Part shown: positions 60,113-64,000 of the stretch, piece after piece
Position numbering within the stretch: position 1 is the first letter of the stretch
Layout: each line of letters opens with the position of its first letter
Source of the DNA: Felis catus
Taxonomy: Eukaryota
Assembly: GCF_018350175.1 (NCBI RefSeq)
Contig: NC_058368.1
Coordinates: forward strand, 83,082,001 to 83,146,000
Reading direction: 5' to 3'
Length of the DNA stretch: 64,000 nucleotides
Made by a program: the position numbers and the translations under genes
Notes under the pieces: model-generated
Databases searched by the model: none
Seen by the model: the letters and a program-made list of their open reading frames with translations, nothing else
Told to the model about the DNA's origin: nothing

Positions 60113-62884
60113 AAAAGGTAAAGTTACTTAAATAGCCCAAGTGAAAAAGAAAAGACATTTCTATATGTTATCAAAGAGATCAATTTAATTAAAATCAATT
60201 AATTAAATTAATTGAAATCAATTTAATTAAAAATCAGAAAATAAAAATCAGGAAATAAAAATCTGTTCAATATAATAACAAAATTTTGAAGGCTGAATAA
60301 TGTTAAGTGATGTAAAGAAGGTGGGCAGATATTTTTTTTTTTTTTTTTTTTGGTAAATTGTCTTTTGGAACAAGGTCTGATATTGGCATCTTTCGGTTCA
60401 AACTCCTGGTATCAGTTAATTTATATTTGCATATAAATTAAGACTCAAAAATTGTGGCCATGGCCATTTATATAAAAATAAAGTTTCAAAAATATCTAAA
60501 TAATGAGAAAAAATGCAAATAACTAAAACTTTGGTTTTAGTTATGAATGACAAGCTTCTTAAAGTATGTGACTTAACCAAAAAACTATTAAAAAACAAAA
60601 CAAAACAAAAAACCCTCTGGATTGAAGTAGTTTGTGATGGAAGGTAACTTGAAGCAATTCTAAATAAATCTTAGCCATATGTAAATATGAAACAAACAAG
60701 TGATGATATCTTCAATGTCATCAAGAATTATTTTTAAGCCAGAGGGGGGGAAAAACAAGTAATACTGAAATAAATAAAATTAAGTAATGACTTCACATAT
60801 AAACTTTCATGCAAAGAAATTTGGTAAATATTAATGTCATTATAAATTACTGTAGAAAGAGGGTCCAATGCAAAACATAATTTTGTGAAAATTGGAAAAC
60901 CAATAGGAAAAATATATGAAATTATATTCCTATTATTTTGCTTTCACAAGAGATAAATTAATGAGTTTATTGCAATTAATTTAAAAGTATATCTGGATGG
61001 GCAGTAAATACATGAGACAAATACACACAGTAAAAAAATGCATATTAATATAAGAATGAGAAATCATTTCTCACAAATAAGTTCAAAAAAGTTTAAAAAA
61101 TAACAATCAAGCAGTAACAAATGATTTTGACAATGTAATGAAAGAATATGCTCTTTCTGTTCACAAAGCTAGTAAAAATATAAAATATTCCAAGCATTCT
61201 TGTATACAGTTGGTCAATATTTTTGAAAAGCTAGACATTTTTCTTCTGGATATTGTTTCTATCCTACATAACTCTAGGAGGGGACGACCATTAACAAAAT
61301 GGAGTGTTACTTTGAAGATGAAGTGAATATTAAATGAGTAGTAGATTCATACAGAGGTAATGGTTCAGAATTGAACATGAGATAAGGAATAAGTATCAGA
61401 ACAATATAATATCAGGCATTTGGTAACATATGGATTTTAGAAAAAATATTAATTGAAGATATATAGATACAGCGATCATACATGTGAACCAAAGAGAAAG
61501 AGAGGAACAAATCTGAAAATTTGGGGAAATCTAATTATCCATGGAGGAAAGGTTAACCAAGTGCGTAGTATTTGGGAATAATGAAAAGACAACCAGTACT
61601 AGAATCAGGAAAGAGTAACCACAATGGCAAGTGTTCAAAAACATTAAAAAGAAGGGGGTGGGTAGTTGAGAGCAAAATAAAAAGACAAAGAAGAAATTAA
61701 AATTGTGTTGAGATCTTCAGTGTAGACATCTTAAGTCAAATGGCTCCCAACATTAAACTACTTGAATTATCAATTTGGAAACAGCTAGTGAATTTTAACA
61801 GAGTTCTATTTAGAGGTAATAAACCCCAAATGTCAATGAGTATCTCTATTTTAAAATCAGGAAACCAACCGCCTCTTGGTCAGTTAATATTATGGAAATA
61901 GCTTGAAATTATTAGAAAAAAACACTTTAAGAGGAGAGGGCAAATGGAGTCATTAATATATGAATAAGCCAGGAGATACAAGGGGAAAATGCAGGGGGTT
62001 ATAGTATTAATCTAGAAAGTAACTGAATTTTATTTTTTTTCTTAAATATCAGTAAGATCACATTTTCAAAATAGAAACTCATTTTATATGAGGGCTTAAA
62101 AGAAAAAAGTAGGTGATAGCATACAATACTATAATTAAAGACCAGGGACTGGAAAACCTGGAGGGATTACAGGTTGAAATCACAGATGACTTAGCAAAAA
62201 AAATGTGTTACACAAGTTTTCTCTTGATATTTAAACGTTTTCAGTTACTTAGTAAGTAGTTCCACGTCTTCCTAAAAATATCTAGATGGTAAGTCCAAGG
62301 AAGATGGTATATATTTCAAAATGCCCTTCTGAAGTTCTGTAAGATGGAACTACATTTCCTTCAAAAGGTATACATTAAAAGTTTTGTTATTTTGAAGTCC
62401 TCTGACTAGAGAGGCAACTTATATTTTTACATTCTTTGTAATATTAGCTTAATATGCTTCTTATATTTAATACCGGGACTTGTGAATGTTAAATTAAATA
62501 ATAATAGTGATGATGCAAAGTAAATGTGAGACATTACTCAGAGCAATAAAATATATGCTAGCTATGGACTATTGCAAGACTCTGGTGAATCTAGTTTATT
62601 CAAGTTTTCAATCACTTATGGGGATCTTATGAACTCTACCTGTGTGTAAACATCTACTGTTAACTCATTACATAAGAAAAATTTAAATATATACCTTAGC
62701 AATCAAAAAACAACAATCTAATAAGGAAAACAGAATATTGATTTATTTAAAATAATTGTAAGTAAGCAACAGTGGAAATTACTGCAAGAATCTAATAAAA
62801 GTGTGATAAAATGTGTGCAAAAGGTTATGTTCCTCTAAAGAACGTGCACTGAAAGACACTTTGATGAGGAATTCATAAGAATTA

Positions 62885-63035
62885 ACACATTCTATCTTAC
62901 AGTAACTTTCAAATGGGGGCAGTGGGATAAAATAATCTCAGAGAAGTTAAGTAATTTGCCTGATGATATAGGAGTTAGAGGTAGCGCAAGATTGCAAACT
63001 CATGTTTGTCTGATCTTAGGGTCCATAATATTAGC
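62885..63035 (-). mobile_element. MIR remnant
   Basis: ctcagagaagttaagtaatttgcct...aagattgcaaactcatgtttgtctga is MIR core-like text. Confidence 0.55.
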
Positions 63036-63292
63036 TTTTTATATAGAACAGATGTAGATGCCACCCACTTGTAAGTACAATATATACACAACTTTTATCT
63101 ACAGAATGAACAGAAATATAATGAAAAATGCATGTGCATTCAAACTTGAAACAAATATGATATAATTTACAAAGGTAAAAGGAAAAGGAAAAGACATTCA
63201 GAGTAAAAATAAACTACTGAAGAGGGACTAAGCTCAGATTTATGTTGTATCTTTGGGATTTGCACAGAGTTGGTATTGGAAAATGGAGAACA

Positions 63293-63503
63293 GGGGCTCC
63301 TAGGTGGTTCAGTCAGTTAAGCGTCCGACTTCAGTTCAGGTCATGATCTCGGGGTCCATGAGTTCCAGCCCCACGTAGGTCTCTGTGCTGGCAGCTCAGA
63401 GCCTGGAGTGTGGTTTGGATTCTGTCTCCCTCTCTCTCTGCCCTCCCCTGCTCACACTCTGTCTCTTTCAGAAATAAATAAACATTAAAAATTTTTAAAA
63501 AAA
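63293..63503 (+). mobile_element. Can-SINE
   Basis: Starts GGGGCTCCTAGGTGGTTCAGTCAG; TSD aaatggagaaca before (to 63292) and after (to 63517). Confidence 0.95.
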
Positions 63504-64000
63504 GGAAATGGAGAACAGATGACTTGAAATAGAGACTTTTGTGGCTTTCCGCAATTCCTCACAAGCGATCGATAAGGACATGAAAGTCTGTTTTGAAGAA
63601 AATTTGATCCATTTAATGCTTTTGAGAAGGAGAGTGATATAATCAGAAGGTGCTTTGAGGAATATTCAAAAATATTGTTTCAGATGAGTAAAAAATAGAA
63701 AATCAGAATGATACATAATGTCAGTGGATGCAGACGCAAACAAGATGCATGTTTTTATTTTTATTTTCCTAAAGTAACGATGAACTTTTCCAAAAGGCAT
63801 CAATAATCCTTTTTGTGTGTAGTGGTTTAATCTTCTACCAGGAGGTAAGGGAAGCTTTTGCTATGTAATTTTATGTATAACATATTGCCTTTTTTTGTGT
63901 GTCTGTTTGGTGGTGGGATCATAATAATAATTGGTTGAATGCATTTCATCTAACGAAGATACTTGGGCTCAGTGACCCCATTCTCTTGTTTTGTTTTTCT

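Noticed and set aside
1..64000. A novel multi-gene or prokaryote-style system (CRISPR, operon, defence island)
   Set aside because: All long ORFs are explained by OR pseudogenes, L1 or low-complexity sequence; no repeat-spacer array or unexplained coding block was seen.

Overview
AT-rich mammalian genomic DNA from a felid-type carnivore, judged by tRNA-derived Can-SINEs with (CT)n/A tails and carnivore LINE-1. The window is part of an olfactory receptor (OR) cluster. It holds two OR2M-subfamily pseudogenes on the minus strand, lying in an old tandem duplicon, and one OR14C36-like pseudogene on the plus strand; this divergent arrangement resembles the human 1q44 cluster as I recall it. No intact protein-coding gene is visible. 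Roughly half the window is retroelement: four near-full-length degenerate L1s, many L1 fragments, at least 12 SINEs, and LTR/MIR remnants. I see no new gene system. The best observations are mechanistic. (1) A 7.2-kb two-headed L1: a 5'UTR+ORF1 fragment fused to a full-length L1 inside one target-site duplication. (2) Two inverted L1s share private disabling ORF2 mutations but have different 5' ends, suggesting ectopic gene conversion. (3) Several local template-switch scars, including a perfect 44-bp palindrome. (4) A SINE replaces about 2 kb in one duplicon copy. All alignments were done by eye; subfamily names are tentative.
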